Shown: one piece after another, positions 18,662 through 29,155 of the stretch
Layout: the number at the start of each line of letters is the position of its first letter
How positions within the stretch are numbered: position 1 is the stretch's first letter
Assembly (NCBI GenBank): GCA_963698665.1
Contig: CAVORO010000003.1
Location: 1,311,831-1,375,830 of the forward strand
DNA length: 64,000 nucleotides
Source of the DNA: Miltoncostaeaceae bacterium
GTDB lineage: Bacteria > Actinomycetota > Thermoleophilia > Miltoncostaeales > Miltoncostaeaceae
Direction of reading: 5' to 3'
Notes under the pieces: model-generated
The model's database searches: none
What the model saw: only the letters and a program-made list of their open reading frames with translations
Told to the model about the DNA's origin: nothing
Translations under genes and position numbers: made by a program

Positions 18662-19582
18662 CTACCCGAGCAGCCCTCGCGAGCGCAGGTGGTCGTGCAC
18701 GCCCGCGGCGATCGTGGATGCCACGAGCCCGGTGCGCGTGAGGAACTCGTCATCGACGCCGGCGGCACCGGCCTCGACCACGACGCGCGCGTCCGCGCCG
18801 GTGCGAAAGAAGCCGTAGTACTCGCGCAGATCTCGCGGTGCCGCGCGCCCGGCCGGTGCGGCGAGCTCGCCGTCCGCTCCGTTGTCGGGGCCGTGGACGG
18901 CGGCGTAGCGGCGATGGAGCGACAGGGCCAGTTCGCGGGACCGTGCCTCAACCGCGTCGCCGACCTTCGTCGGTGGGCGCCGTCCCGGCCGGCGCACGGG
19001 CCGCTCGCCCGGGCGCGTCGCCCAGACGATCGCCGCCCGGCCACCGGGCGCGTCGTGGTGGATGCTCACGAACGCGGCGCCCGGCGCGGCACGCGGCGTG
19101 ACGCGGCCGGGTGTCAGGCGGGCGTCGGCGCCCCAGGCGCGCAACTGGCGCACGACGCGTCGCGCGACCGGCACCGTGAACGCCGCCTCGGTCTCGAAGG
19201 GGCCGCCCACCGCGCCGGTCCCCCCCTCGTCGCCGGGCTCTCGGGGAGCGGCGTGACCCGCCTGCACCCACACGACCGGTCGCCCGGCGGGCCGCTCGGC
19301 GGATTCCTCGGCCACGACGCCCGTCCCGCCGGCCGATGTTCCGGATGACCCACCCGACGCCGCGTCGGGGGTGCCGCTCGCGGCCATGACCGCGGCCGCC
19401 GCAAGCGCGGCCGCGGTCAGCGCGACCGTTCCGGTCGCGACCAGCGCACGGACCCGCCGGCGCCGTCGCCGGGCCGCCTCCTCGCGGCCCGCGGCCCATG
19501 CCGACCAGGCGGCGGGGCTCACCCGATCCGAGTGTCGCTCCATCGGGACGTCTCTCGGCGGGGCCTCGCGGGGCTGGATCAC
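18662..19582 (-). CDS. Membrane-anchored N-acetylmuramoyl-L-alanine amidase-like protein (weak call)
   Basis: An N-terminal TM segment (ALVATGTVALTAAALAAAAVMAA), then VWVQAGH...E...FVSIHHDA, which resembles Amidase_3 metal-site blocks. Start is 19582 or ATG 19543. Confidence 0.5.
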   Translation of the reverse strand: MIQPREAPPRDVPMERHSDRVSPAAWSAWAAGREEAARRRRRRVRALVATGTVALTAAALAAAAVMAASGTPDAASGGSSGTSAGGTGVVAEESAERPAGRPVVWVQAGHAAPREPGDEGGTGAVGGPFETEAAFTVPVARRVVRQLRAWGADARLTPGRVTPRAAPGAAFVSIHHDAPGGRAAIVWATRPGERPVRRPGRRPPTKVGDAVEARSRELALSLHRRYAAVHGPDNGADGELAAPAGRAAPRDLREYYGFFRTGADARVVVEAGAAGVDDEFLTRTGLVASTIAAGVHDHLRSRGLLG

Positions 19583-19625
19583 TTCCGGCCGCCCGGCGGT
19601 CCGCAGCGGGTGTCACCATCAGCGG

Positions 19626-20360
19626 GTGGCGACGTTCGAGACCGATGCGCTCGTGCTCCGGGGGATCCGGTTCGGGGAGGCCGACACCGTGCTGTCGGTG
19701 CTGACGCCCGATCAGGGCCGGCTGTCGGCGATCGCGAAGGGCGCCCGGCGCCCGAAGAGCCGCCTCGGGGGCCGGCTGCAGCCGGGCGTCCGCGTGCGCC
19801 TGACGCTCCACCAGGGGCGTGGCGACATGGCCACGGTCCGGACCGCCGGCGTGCTGGAGGCCAATGCGGGACTGTGGGCGGAGGGGTATCGCCTCCTCGC
19901 CGCAGGCTCCGTGCTCGAGGGCGCGCTCCGCACGCTGCCGGAGGGCCAGCCCGACCCCGGGGCCTACCATCTGGTGTGCCGGGGACTCTCGTTGCTCGCA
20001 CGCGCCCCCTCGCTCGACTCGCCCCCCCGGCTCGATCCGATCGTGCTCGGGGTGCACGCCAAGCTGCTCGTCGTCGCGGGCCTCGTGCCGCGCCTCGACC
20101 CGTGCGCCGACTGCGCACCGGGGGCGGCGATGGTGGCCTATTCCCCGGCGACCGGCGGCGCCGTGTGCCGCTCGTGCGCGGCCGGAGCCGACCCGACGAC
20201 GCCGGCGGCCCTCGGCGCGCTGCGTGGGCTGCTCACCCGTCCGCTCTCCGAGGCGGCCGAGGTGCTCCCGCCCGGACGTGCGTTCGAGGTGGAGCGGCTG
20301 CTCTCGCTGACGCTGCGCGAGCACCTCGGGGTGGAGCTCAAGAGCGCGACCGGCCTGTGA
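19626..20360 (+). CDS. recO: DNA repair protein RecO
   Basis: From GTG 19626: VATFETDALVLRGIRFGEADTVLSVLTPDQGRLSAIAKGARRPKSR..., with the zinc motif CADC...CRSC. Confidence 0.9.
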   Translation: MATFETDALVLRGIRFGEADTVLSVLTPDQGRLSAIAKGARRPKSRLGGRLQPGVRVRLTLHQGRGDMATVRTAGVLEANAGLWAEGYRLLAAGSVLEGALRTLPEGQPDPGAYHLVCRGLSLLARAPSLDSPPRLDPIVLGVHAKLLVVAGLVPRLDPCADCAPGAAMVAYSPATGGAVCRSCAAGADPTTPAALGALRGLLTRPLSEAAEVLPPGRAFEVERLLSLTLREHLGVELKSATGL

Positions 20361-20642
20361 CGGGGGGCGCGACGGCGGGCGTGTCCCGGCGCATCGGCGC
20401 CGGAGCGTCGCGGCCGCCGAGGGCCGGAGGGGGTGCAGGCACGGAGGTGGATCCGCGTTCGAGCCCGCAGGCGACCGCATGCCGGGCCGCTCCCGCCCGG
20501 CGGCCGCTCCTCGAGGATCGGCTCGGCGATGGGCCGGCTGGGCCGGCCGGCTGCACGACACCCGTCATCGCCCGCCCCTCGGCACACGCACGCCTCGGTC
20601 CCTCCGGGCTGTCGCGAGGAGCGCCTCGACCCCGGCCACGAG

Positions 20643-21384
20643 GTGGTGCCCCCGATCCTGAGCCAGGCGATCGGCGGCATCCTCCCCCTCGGAGTGGGTG
20701 TCGCGCTGAGCCCGTTTCCCGTCATCGGTGTCGTGCTCGTCCTGGGGACCGTCCGCGCGAGGGCGAACGGACCCGCCTTCGCCCTGGGCTGGGTCACCGG
20801 GCTCGTGGCGGTGGGCGCCGTGGTCCTCGTGATCGTCGGCGATCCCGATGCGGAGACCTCGACCGCCGTCGACTTGGGTCAGGATCGCGCTCGGCGTCCT
20901 GTTCCTGTTCTGGGCGCTCAAGGAATGGCGCGGGCGCCCAGCGGCCGGGGAGACGGGAACGCTTCCGGCATGGATGGCGTCGGTCGAGTCGATCGGGCCG
21001 GTCGCATCGCTCGGGCTCGGCGCAACGCTGTCGGCCGCCGACCCGAAGACGATCGCCCTGACCGCCGCCGCCGCGGCCTCGGTCGCGCAGGCGGACCTCT
21101 CGCGTCGCGACGGCGCCCTCGCCATGGCGGTGTTCGTGGCAATCGGCTCGCTCACGGTCGTCGGCCCCGTTGTCGTCGCCCTCGCGGCCCCCGAGCGCGC
21201 CGCCGGGCCGCTCGACGCGACGAAGCGGTTCATGTCGGAGCACCGTGCCGTCGTCATGGTCGTGGTGCTCGTGCTCCTCGGCGCGAGACTGGTCGGCGAC
21301 GGCCTCGCGGGGCTGGGGGGCCGACGGGAACGCCGACGTCTCCGATCCCCCATGGGCCGGGGCCGGGCGGGCGGCCTCGACTAA
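20643..21384 (+). pseudogene. GAP (Sap/sulfolipid-addressing-like) family membrane protein with one frame break near 20843-20872
   Basis: The N-half is in the frame of ORF 20433 (VVPPILSQAIGGILPLGVGVALSPFPVIGVVLVLGTVRARANGPAFALGWVTGLVAVGAVV). The C-half is in the frame of ORF 20848 (STWVRIALGVLFLFWALKEWRGRP...[17 protein letters not shown]...). The span is 742 nt, which is not a multiple of 3. Confidence 0.6.
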
Positions 21385-21397
21385 CATCCCGGGTCGC

Positions 21398-22279
21398 GTG
21401 GCCGTCCTCACCTTCCAAGACATGATCGCCCGCCTCGGCGCCTACTGGGCGGAGCGCGGGTGCGCGCTCATGACGCCGTACCACACCGAGGTCGGGGCGG
21501 GCACGTTCAACCCCGCGACGTTCCTCCGAAGCCTCGGCGCGGAACCCTGGCGGGCGGCCTACGTCGAGCCGTCGATCCGCCCCACCGACGGGCGCTACGG
21601 CGAGAACCCGTTTCGGCTCCAGCACTACTTCCAGTTCCAGGTGGTCCTCAAGCCCTCACCCGACGACGTGCAGGACCTCTACCTGGAGTCGCTCGCCGCG
21701 CTCGGCCTGCGTCCCGCCGAGCACGACGTCCGTTTCGTCGAGGACGACTGGGAGGGGCCGACGCTCGGTGCGTGGGGCCTCGGCTGGGAGGTGTGGCTCG
21801 ACGGCATGGAGATCACCCAGTTCACGTACTTCCAGCAGGTCGGCGGGCTCGATCTGGCCCCCGTCACGGTCGAGCTGACCTACGGGCTCGAGCGCATCGC
21901 CATGTACCTGCAGGGTGTGCGATCGGTCTACGACATCGCCTGGACCGACGACCTGACCTATGGGGACGTGTACCGCGACGCCGAACGCCAGTGGAGCGCC
22001 TACAACTTCGAGGTCGCCGACACCGACGCGCTCTTTCGCGCGTTCGCCACGCACGAGGCCGAGTGCGGGCGGGCACTCGAGGCCGGGCTCGTCCTGCCCG
22101 CGTACGACCAGGTCCTCAAATGCAGCCACGCCTTCAACCTCCTCGACGCGCGCGGCGTCGTCAGCGTGACCGAACGCGGGAGCTACATCCTGCGGGTCCG
22201 CGCCCTCGCGGCGCGGTGCGCCAGGGCGTGGGTGGACCGGGCTGCGCACGGCCGCCCGGAGGAGGGTCCGGTTGCCTGA
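21398..22279 (+). CDS. glyQ: Glycine--tRNA ligase alpha subunit
   Basis: From GTG 21398: [44 protein letters not shown]...[21 protein letters not shown]. Confidence 0.93.
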   Translation: MAVLTFQDMIARLGAYWAERGCALMTPYHTEVGAGTFNPATFLRSLGAEPWRAAYVEPSIRPTDGRYGENPFRLQHYFQFQVVLKPSPDDVQDLYLESLAALGLRPAEHDVRFVEDDWEGPTLGAWGLGWEVWLDGMEITQFTYFQQVGGLDLAPVTVELTYGLERIAMYLQGVRSVYDIAWTDDLTYGDVYRDAERQWSAYNFEVADTDALFRAFATHEAECGRALEAGLVLPAYDQVLKCSHAFNLLDARGVVSVTERGSYILRVRALAARCARAWVDRAAHGRPEEGPVA

Positions 22280-24356
22280 CCTCCTCGTCGAGGTGGGCTG
22301 CGAGGAGCTGCCCTCGAGCGCCTGCCGCGCCGTCCTCTCGCAGGCGCCCGCGCTCGTCGCGCGGGCGCTCGCCGACGCCGAACTGGTCAGCGACGGCGCA
22401 CCCACGGTCTGGGTCGCCCCCCGGCGGATCGCCGTGGTCGTCCCGGGCGTGCCGGAGGCGCGCCCGGGGCGATCGCGCTCCCTGCGCGGACCTGCGGCAT
22501 CGGCGGCCTTCGCCGACGGCGCGCCGACGCGCGCCGCGGAGGGCTTCGCCGCGCGCCACGGCCTTGTGCCGGCCGACCTGGCGGTGCGAGCGCAGGACGG
22601 ACGCGAGTTCGTGTTCGCGGACATCGAGGAGCCGAGCGTCCCCACCGAGGACCTGGTGCCGGCCCTCGTCGAGCGCCTCCTGACCGGTCTCCGGTTTCCC
22701 AAGAGCATGCGGTGGGGTGACGGCGAGGGCCTTCGCTTCTCGCGGCCGGTCCGCTGGCTGGTGGTGATGCTCGGCGAGCGCCCGCTGCCGGTCGAGGTCG
22801 CCGGACTGACGGCGACGCCCATGAGCGCCGGACACCGGTTCCTGGGCGGACCGGTGGTGATCCCCGGCGCCGCCGGGTACCGCGAGGCGCTCCGTGGCGT
22901 CGGCGCGTTGGTCGACCACGATGAGCGCCGGGCCGTGATCGTGGCGGGGCTCGACGCGGCCGCCGACGCCCTGGGGCACCGGTGGCGCGACCCGACGGGG
23001 AAGATGGACGAGGTCGTCCATCTGGTGGAGATGCCGAGCGTGATCGCCGGTCGCTTCGCCGAGGAGCACCTGCGGCTTCCCCCCGAGGTCCTCGTCGCCG
23101 CGATGCAGGGACATCAGCGCTACTTCCCGCTCGAGCTCCAGGACGGGAGCCTGGCCGCCGGCTTCCTCGCCGTCTCGAACGGCGACCCCGCGCACGCGAC
23201 GGTGATCGGCCGCGGGTACGAGGAGGTGCTCGAGGCCCGCCTCCAGGACGCCGCGTTCAGCTTCGACCGCGATCGGGAAGCGGGGCTGGGCGAGCTGGAC
23301 GCTCGCCTCGAGCGGATCGTGTTCGGCGCCAGGCTCGGCACCATGGCCGCGCGCCGCGACCGGCTGGTGGCGGGGACGGGGTCGATCGCGGCGTCGATCG
23401 GGCTGTCGGACGCCGACGCCGCGGCGGCCACTGAGGCGGCCCGCCTCGCCAAGGCCGACCAGGGCGCGGTGCTCGTCGCGGAGTTCAGCGAGCTCGAGGG
23501 CCTCGTGGGCGCCGAGTACGCCCGCCTCGAGGGCGCGCCCGAGCCAGTGTGGCGTGCGATCGCCGAGCAGTACCTGCCGCTCGGGCCGGGATCGCCGACT
23601 CCGAGCGGCCCCGTCGGCGCGGCGCTGGCGCTGGCCGACAAGCTCGACGCGCTGACCGGGTTCTTCCTGGCGGGCGAGGCGCCGACGGGGTCTCGCGATC
23701 CGCACGGGCTGCGCCGCGCCGCCGCGGGCGTCGTGCGCATCTGCCTCGAGCACGGCATCGATCTCGACGTCGGGGCGCGCATCGCGGACGTCGCGGGGGC
23801 CTACGCCGGGCAGACGGACGACCTTCGGCCCGATGCCGGGGTGCTCGCGGCGCTCGCGGGCTTCGTCGACGACCGGCTCGTGTTCCAGCTCGGCGAGGAG
23901 GGCGTGGGGGAGGAGGCCGCCCGGGCGGCGATCGGCGCGGAGCTGGGCGGCCTGGCATCGACGGCGCGGTGGGCTCGGTCGATCGAGACGGCGCGCGCCA
24001 CCGACGGATTCTGGCGCTGCTGGACCGCCGCGACGAGGACCGCCAAGCTCGCGGCGCGTGGCCCGGACGACCCCGGAGGTCCGGCGGTGGAGGACGCCGA
24101 GCTGGCGCTGGCCGGTGCGCTCGTGCCCGCGGCGGACGGCATCGCGGCCGCCCGGGTCGCGGGGTCGCTCCCGGAAGCGCTGGCCGCCGCGGATCCGCTC
24201 GCCACCGCCGTCGACGTCTTCCTGACCGAGGTGCTCGTCAACGCGGAGGACCCCGAGGCGCGCGCCCGCCGGTTCCGGCTGGTGCGCGAGGCGGCGGCGA
24301 CCCTGTCGCGGATCGCGGACTTCGCGCAGGTGAGCGAGCGGGCCGGCGAGCGGTGA
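22272..24356 (+). CDS. glyS: Glycine--tRNA ligase beta subunit
   Basis: (L/M)[16 protein letters not shown]-terminus and a 694-aa length typical of GlyS. TTG 22272 overlaps glyQ by 8 nt. Confidence 0.9.
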   Translation: MPDLLVEVGCEELPSSACRAVLSQAPALVARALADAELVSDGAPTVWVAPRRIAVVVPGVPEARPGRSRSLRGPAASAAFADGAPTRAAEGFAARHGLVPADLAVRAQDGREFVFADIEEPSVPTEDLVPALVERLLTGLRFPKSMRWGDGEGLRFSRPVRWLVVMLGERPLPVEVAGLTATPMSAGHRFLGGPVVIPGAAGYREALRGVGALVDHDERRAVIVAGLDAAADALGHRWRDPTGKMDEVVHLVEMPSVIAGRFAEEHLRLPPEVLVAAMQGHQRYFPLELQDGSLAAGFLAVSNGDPAHATVIGRGYEEVLEARLQDAAFSFDRDREAGLGELDARLERIVFGARLGTMAARRDRLVAGTGSIAASIGLSDADAAAATEAARLAKADQGAVLVAEFSELEGLVGAEYARLEGAPEPVWRAIAEQYLPLGPGSPTPSGPVGAALALADKLDALTGFFLAGEAPTGSRDPHGLRRAAAGVVRICLEHGIDLDVGARIADVAGAYAGQTDDLRPDAGVLAALAGFVDDRLVFQLGEEGVGEEAARAAIGAELGGLASTARWARSIETARATDGFWRCWTAATRTAKLAARGPDDPGGPAVEDAELALAGALVPAADGIAAARVAGSLPEALAAADPLATAVDVFLTEVLVNAEDPEARARRFRLVREAAATLSRIADFAQVSERAGER

Positions 24357-24449
24357 TCCACGCGGCCGCCCCGCGTCGCGACGAGCGATGACGGCGGATC
24401 CGGAGCGACGACGGGGCCGGGCGGCGGCGGACGCCGTGGCCGGGGCGGT

Positions 24450-25907
24450 GTGACGACCGGCGACGCGTCGGCCGCCCCTGGGGCGCCGACGCCGAGCGCG
24501 CGCGTCGCGTCGGTCGGGGTGGGCGCGCTCGCCGCCTTCGGCGCCGCGGCGCTCGGCGCCGGGCTGGGCCGGTCGATCCTCACCGCCTATCTGCCGCTCA
24601 TCCTCGAGGGCATCCGCGATTCTCCGCTGCTCATCGGGATCGTGATGACCGCGAACCCGATCACGGGCATCCTGGTGCCGCTGGCGGTGGGCGGACCGGC
24701 GGACCGGTTGCGCCGCCACGGTGGCGACGCCGCCCGCACCCTGGTCCTCGGCGGAGCGATCGTGGGCGCCGGGGGCATGCTCGCGGTCGCGACGCTGGTC
24801 TCGACCGGGTACCTCGAGCTCGCGCTGGCGGCGATCGTCGCCTACGCCGGGCTGGCGGCGGGGATGACGATGCACCGCTCGCTCGTTGCGGAGCGGTTCG
24901 CGCCACCGTTGTGGGCGCGCGCCACGGGCGCCCAGGAGATCGGGCTGTTCGTGGGCGCCATGGTGGGGCTCGGGGTCGGCGCGACGATCGTCGTGGCCGC
25001 GCCGCTTCCGTTCGTGATCGGCGCGGTGCTCGTGGTCCTGGTCGCGCTGCCCACGCTCGGGCACCCGCTGCTCGCCTCGCGCCGTGAGGTGTCGGTCACG
25101 GGTCGGCGGCCCACCCGACCGCGGCTCGGGGACTACCTCTCGATCCTCACGAGGCCGGGCGCCCGCGTGGTGATCATGGTGGAGGCGCTCTGGGTCTTCG
25201 GCTATGCGGCGCTGCCGGCCTTCTTCCTGCTCTACAGCGACGCCGTGCTCGGCCTGCGCCCGGTGACGGCCTCGGGGCTCCTGCTCGGGTTCGCGGTGCT
25301 GGCGGGCGTCGCCACGGTGGTCGCCGGCAACGCGCGCACGCTGGAGCACCGCCGCCGCGCCGCGCTCGCGAGCGCACTCGCACTCGCACTCGGGCTCGCA
25401 TGGGTGGCCGTCGGCACGACGCCCCTCGCCGTCGCGCCCGGCCTGCTGGTCGCGGCGATCGGTTTCGGGGTGATCTCGGCGCTCGGCTTTCCGCTGTTCT
25501 CGGCATTCGCCGGACGGGACGAGACCGGCACGATCACGGCGGTGTTCTTCGCGACCCGCTCGCTGGCCGCGGCCATGGCCCTCGTGGCCTCCGGGGCCCT
25601 GATCGCCCTGGTGGACGACTACCGGGCCGTCTTCGCGATGGGCGTCGTGCCCGTGCTCGCGAGCGTCGCGCTCCTCGTCGTCCTCCGCGCGCCGCCGGTG
25701 CGGCAGCGGCTGACGCTCAGCCTCGGTCGGCGGCCGGGGCCGGGGCGTCGCTCGCGACGGGCTCGTCGGTACGCGCCCCGCGATCGAGCGAGGACGGCCA
25801 CCAGACCCTCGACCCGATGTCGAGCACGAGCGCGGGGACGAGGACCGATCGCACGAGGAACGTGTCCAGCAGGACCCCGAAGGCGACCACGAACCCGATC
25901 TGCGTGA
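24450..25907 (+). CDS. MFS transporter; 3' end doubtful
   Basis: About 12 hydrophobic segments. The last ~65 codons are Arg-rich and antisense to the MMPL gene. A neighbouring frame stops at 25709-25711. Confidence 0.7.
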   Translation: MTTGDASAAPGAPTPSARVASVGVGALAAFGAAALGAGLGRSILTAYLPLILEGIRDSPLLIGIVMTANPITGILVPLAVGGPADRLRRHGGDAARTLVLGGAIVGAGGMLAVATLVSTGYLELALAAIVAYAGLAAGMTMHRSLVAERFAPPLWARATGAQEIGLFVGAMVGLGVGATIVVAAPLPFVIGAVLVVLVALPTLGHPLLASRREVSVTGRRPTRPRLGDYLSILTRPGARVVIMVEALWVFGYAALPAFFLLYSDAVLGLRPVTASGLLLGFAVLAGVATVVAGNARTLEHRRRAALASALALALGLAWVAVGTTPLAVAPGLLVAAIGFGVISALGFPLFSAFAGRDETGTITAVFFATRSLAAAMALVASGALIALVDDYRAVFAMGVVPVLASVALLVVLRAPPVRQRLTLSLGRRPGPGRRSRRARRYAPRDRARTATRPSTRCRARARGRGPIARGTCPAGPRRRPRTRSA

Positions 25908-27834
25908 GGGCGACGAGGGGGAGGACGGCGAGCACGCTGAAGGTGCCCGCCAGCACGATGCCGGCCGCGGTGATGACCGACCCGGTCGCCGCGAGGGCCC
26001 GGACGGTGCCGACCCGCGTGCCGTGTTCGGCCGTCTCCTCGCGCACCCTCGCCATCAGGAAGATGTTGTAGTCGACGCCCAGGGCGACGAGGAACACGAA
26101 CGCGAACAGGGCGAGCCCCGGGCTCTCTCCCGGAAAGCCGAAGATGTAGTCGAACACCAGGGACGAGACCCCGAGCGCCGCCCCGAAGCTCAGAACGACC
26201 GTCGCGACCAGGAGGAGTGGCGCGACCACCGCCCGGAGCAAGAGGGCCAGGATCGCCGCCACGACCACGAGGACGAGCGGGATGATCACGAGGTTGTCGC
26301 GCGCGCTCGCGGTCCGGAGATCGGCCTCCTCGGCGGTCGGCCCGCCGATGAAGGCGGCATCCCCGGACGCCTCGTCGGCCACGTCGCGCAGACCCGGTAT
26401 CGCGTCGAACGACGACTGGTCGTACGGGGGGGTCGTGAGGGTGAGGTCGAACTTGACGCCGGGCGGGCCCACCTCGGTCGGTCCGAGCCCGGCAACCCTC
26501 GGGTCCGCCTCGAGGGCACGCCGCACGTCGGCCTCGCGCGTCGGGTCGACGACGACCACGGTCGTCGGGGCGACGGCCCCGGCGGGGAAGGCGGCGGCGA
26601 GGATGTCCTGTCCCTCGACCGACTCGACGTCGTTGCGGAAGTCGTCGGCCTGGGTCAGGTCGGTGTCCAGGGTCACGAGGCCGACGCACATGATCACCAG
26701 CACGGCGCCGGCGCCGATCCAGACCCGGCGGGGTCCCCGCGAGATCCCGTCGCCGAGACGCCGGAAGACCCCGCGCTGTTCGACGACTTCGCTCCCGTAG
26801 CGGGGGATGAAGGGCCAGAACGCCCGCCGCCCGGCGATCGTGAGAAGCGCCGGGAGCGCCGTGAGGATGGCCACCATCGCCACCGCGATCCCCATGGCGC
26901 CGACGGGCCCGAGCCCCTGCGTGCCGTTGACCTCCGCCACGACCAGGCACAGGAGCGCGGCGATGTTGGTCCCGGCCGAGGCGACGATCGCCGGACCCGA
27001 GCGTCGCAGCGCGAACGCCATGGCGTCGTGGCGGTCCTCGTGCTGTCGGAGCTCCTCGCGATAGCGGGACACGAGGAGCAGGGCGTAGTCGGTCCCCGCG
27101 CCGAAGACGAGCACCAGGAGGATGCCCGACGTCTGGCCATTGACGACCACCCCCGACGACGCGATGCCGTAGCCGAGAGCACGCACGACGAACTCGGCGA
27201 ACAGCACGGCCGCGAGGGGCAGGACCCAGAAGATCGGCGACCGGTAGATCAGGATCAGGAGAACGAAGACGATTCCGATGGTCGCCAGGAGCAGCGTGCC
27301 GTTGATCGTGTCGAAGATCTTGACGGCGTCCGTCGTGAACCCGGCCGGTCCGGTGACCGCGACCTCGATCCCGTCGCCCCCGGTGCCGACGACGTCCCGG
27401 ATCGCGTCGACGTTGTCGATGAGGAGCTCGGAGTCCCCCCCGGCCGTGATCGGGACCGCGACGATCGCCGCGGTCCCGTCCGCGGAGATGCTGGTCGGCC
27501 CGGTGGGCGCGGCACCCTCGAGCGCGCGCGCGTCGATCTCTGCGCGATCGGCGGCGATCGTCGCCCGGTCGGCGGGGGTGAGGCCGCCGTCACGGCGGTA
27601 GACGATGATCGCCGGCGACACCTCCCCGGACGGGAACTCCTCCGTCAGCTGGAGGGTCTCGACCGACTCGGCGCCTCCGGGAAGAAAGCTCGACGGGCGA
27701 TTCTCCTGTGCGCTCTCGAACCGGGCCGCGAACGGCGCCGACACCGCGAGGAGGAGGATCCAGATCCCCAGCGCGACCCACTTCCCGCGGCGGCTCGCTG
27801 GGAACGCGGCGAGGCGCGTCAGCCGCTCGCGCAT
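25717..27834 (-). CDS. MMPL family (RND-superfamily) transporter
   Basis: 705 aa from ATG 27834 (MRERLTRLAAFPASRRGKWVALGIWILLL...). Two 6-TM bundles with extracytoplasmic loops, typical MMPL architecture. Confidence 0.85.
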   Translation of the reverse strand: MRERLTRLAAFPASRRGKWVALGIWILLLAVSAPFAARFESAQENRPSSFLPGGAESVETLQLTEEFPSGEVSPAIIVYRRDGGLTPADRATIAADRAEIDARALEGAAPTGPTSISADGTAAIVAVPITAGGDSELLIDNVDAIRDVVGTGGDGIEVAVTGPAGFTTDAVKIFDTINGTLLLATIGIVFVLLILIYRSPIFWVLPLAAVLFAEFVVRALGYGIASSGVVVNGQTSGILLVLVFGAGTDYALLLVSRYREELRQHEDRHDAMAFALRRSGPAIVASAGTNIAALLCLVVAEVNGTQGLGPVGAMGIAVAMVAILTALPALLTIAGRRAFWPFIPRYGSEVVEQRGVFRRLGDGISRGPRRVWIGAGAVLVIMCVGLVTLDTDLTQADDFRNDVESVEGQDILAAAFPAGAVAPTTVVVVDPTREADVRRALEADPRVAGLGPTEVGPPGVKFDLTLTTPPYDQSSFDAIPGLRDVADEASGDAAFIGGPTAEEADLRTASARDNLVIIPLVLVVVAAILALLLRAVVAPLLLVATVVLSFGAALGVSSLVFDYIFGFPGESPGLALFAFVFLVALGVDYNIFLMARVREETAEHGTRVGTVRALAATGSVITAAGIVLAGTFSVLAVLPLVALTQIGFVVAFGVLLDTFLVRSVLVPALVLDIGSRVWWPSSLDRGARTDEPVASDAPAPAADRG

Positions 27835-27880
27835 GCCCGATCCATCACCCGGCGCGCGCGCCGGCGAACCACCCACGTGT

Positions 27881-28363
27881 TCAGGCCGCCGCGCTCGGGC
27901 TGGTCGCCCGGACCGCGCACACGCCGGTGCCGGCGCAGGCCTCGCACTCCTCCGCGCGACCCTCGACGTGCGCCAGGCAGTGCTCGACGCGCGCGTTGAC
28001 GACCTGCGCCATCAGGGGATGCAGGCCGAGCGGCGCCGTGACCAGGAATCGCACGTCGGGGTGCGCGGCGGCCGCCTCCTGGGCGAGCGCGGGGATGTCC
28101 TCGGTCCAGTGCTTGCCCGGGAGCAGGAAGTACGGGCTCACGACCACCATCGTCGCGCCCTGCGCCACGCAGGCGTCGAACGCGGTGGCGATCGACGGCT
28201 CGGCCAACTCCATGTGCGCGGGCTCCACCACCGGGTAGGGGACGACCTCCCGGATCATCTCCACCATCTGCTCGAGCATGGCGTTCGACGCCGCCCGCCG
28301 GGACCCGTGGTCCACGACGATCAGGCCCGTGCGCTCGGCATCCGTGGCGAGTTCTGAATCCAC
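27881..28363 (-). CDS. cbiX: Sirohydrochlorin chelatase, CbiX(S)-type, with a Cys-rich C-terminal tail
   Basis: GLIVVDHGSRR...VEPAHMELAEPSI...VVVSPYFLLPGKHW...VTAPLGLHP, followed by the tail CLAHVEGRAEECEACAGTGVC. Confidence 0.8.
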   Translation of the reverse strand: MDSELATDAERTGLIVVDHGSRRAASNAMLEQMVEMIREVVPYPVVEPAHMELAEPSIATAFDACVAQGATMVVVSPYFLLPGKHWTEDIPALAQEAAAAHPDVRFLVTAPLGLHPLMAQVVNARVEHCLAHVEGRAEECEACAGTGVCAVRATSPSAAA

Positions 28364-28471
28364 GCGCCGATTCTACACTCGGGCACGTTACGATCGGCGG
28401 CGACCGGACCGGCTGGGGAGGCGGGAATCGTACGCGGGGACAGACATCAACTTGCGAGCCTGGGCGACCTC

Positions 28472-29155
28472 ATGGAGTTGGTCGTCGACGGCTGGCGGAT
28501 CGACGGGATGCACTACGCGGACCGTTCCGGGCAGGGCGGGTCGGACGGGGCGCCGGGTGCCTTCTTCGATCTGACGCGCGGTCCGGACGAGCGCCTTCGC
28601 GTCTGCATACCCGACGACGGGCGCGCGCTCTCGCACCACAGCCTCGTCGGGATGTTCCGCGAGCGCCCGCGCATCTGGAAGTACCGCGCGCCGGGCAGCA
28701 TCCCGGTCCCGAGCGACGACGAGCTTCGGCCGGTCGAGGAGTGGGGTCCCGTGCGCGAGCCGTTCCCGGCGGCCCTCGACACCGGCCCGGGGGCGGTGCG
28801 CGACGTGCTCGCGGTCCGCCAGATCCAGACGATCGATGCGGCCACCGTGGCCTTGACGAGCCTCGAGCGGTACGAGTGCGGGGCGGTCGCGCGGCTTCTG
28901 GTCGGGGGTCCCGGGCCCGACACGGCCGTGGTCGACGATCTGCTCGTGGTCGACGACGGGGGGCGGATCTACCGCACCGCGCCGCTCGAGCCGCGCCACC
29001 TGGCGACGTCGCTCGACGCCTCGGTCGCGATCGGGCCGGCCATCCCGGCGGACGCCCGCTCGGTGACGGTCACGGTCGGGACGCTCCGCGACGCCGACGG
29101 CGCGCGACACCCCGGGCCGTGGGTCTTCCCGATCTCGCTGGCGGTCGCGGGGTGA
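28472..29155 (+). CDS. Hypothetical protein (227 aa)
   Basis: Clean ORF with high GC3 and no recognisable family. Its stop overlaps the GTG of dgt (GTGA at 29152-29155). Confidence 0.55.
   Translation: MELVVDGWRIDGMHYADRSGQGGSDGAPGAFFDLTRGPDERLRVCIPDDGRALSHHSLVGMFRERPRIWKYRAPGSIPVPSDDELRPVEEWGPVREPFPAALDTGPGAVRDVLAVRQIQTIDAATVALTSLERYECGAVARLLVGGPGPDTAVVDDLLVVDDGGRIYRTAPLEPRHLATSLDASVAIGPAIPADARSVTVTVGTLRDADGARHPGPWVFPISLAVAG

Noticed and set aside
20446-20475. tRNA T-arm-like GTTCGAGCCCGC
   Set aside because: The flanking bases do not pair into a T-stem, and no acceptor or anticodon arms can be drawn.
22161-25349. 1062-aa minus-strand ORF spanning glyS and the MFS gene
   Set aside because: It is a shadow ORF: it is extremely Arg/Gly/Pro-rich, it crosses an intergenic region, and the opposite strand encodes recognisable GlyS and MFS proteins. 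The same reasoning applies to 3559..5724 (-), 45963..48941 (-), 12852..15176 (+), 42031..44916 (+), 28969..30852 (-) and 30930..32801 (-).
25374-25391. (GCACTC)x3 hexanucleotide microsatellite
   Set aside because: It lies in frame within an MFS transmembrane helix (ALALAL). It is a trivial low-complexity coding repeat.
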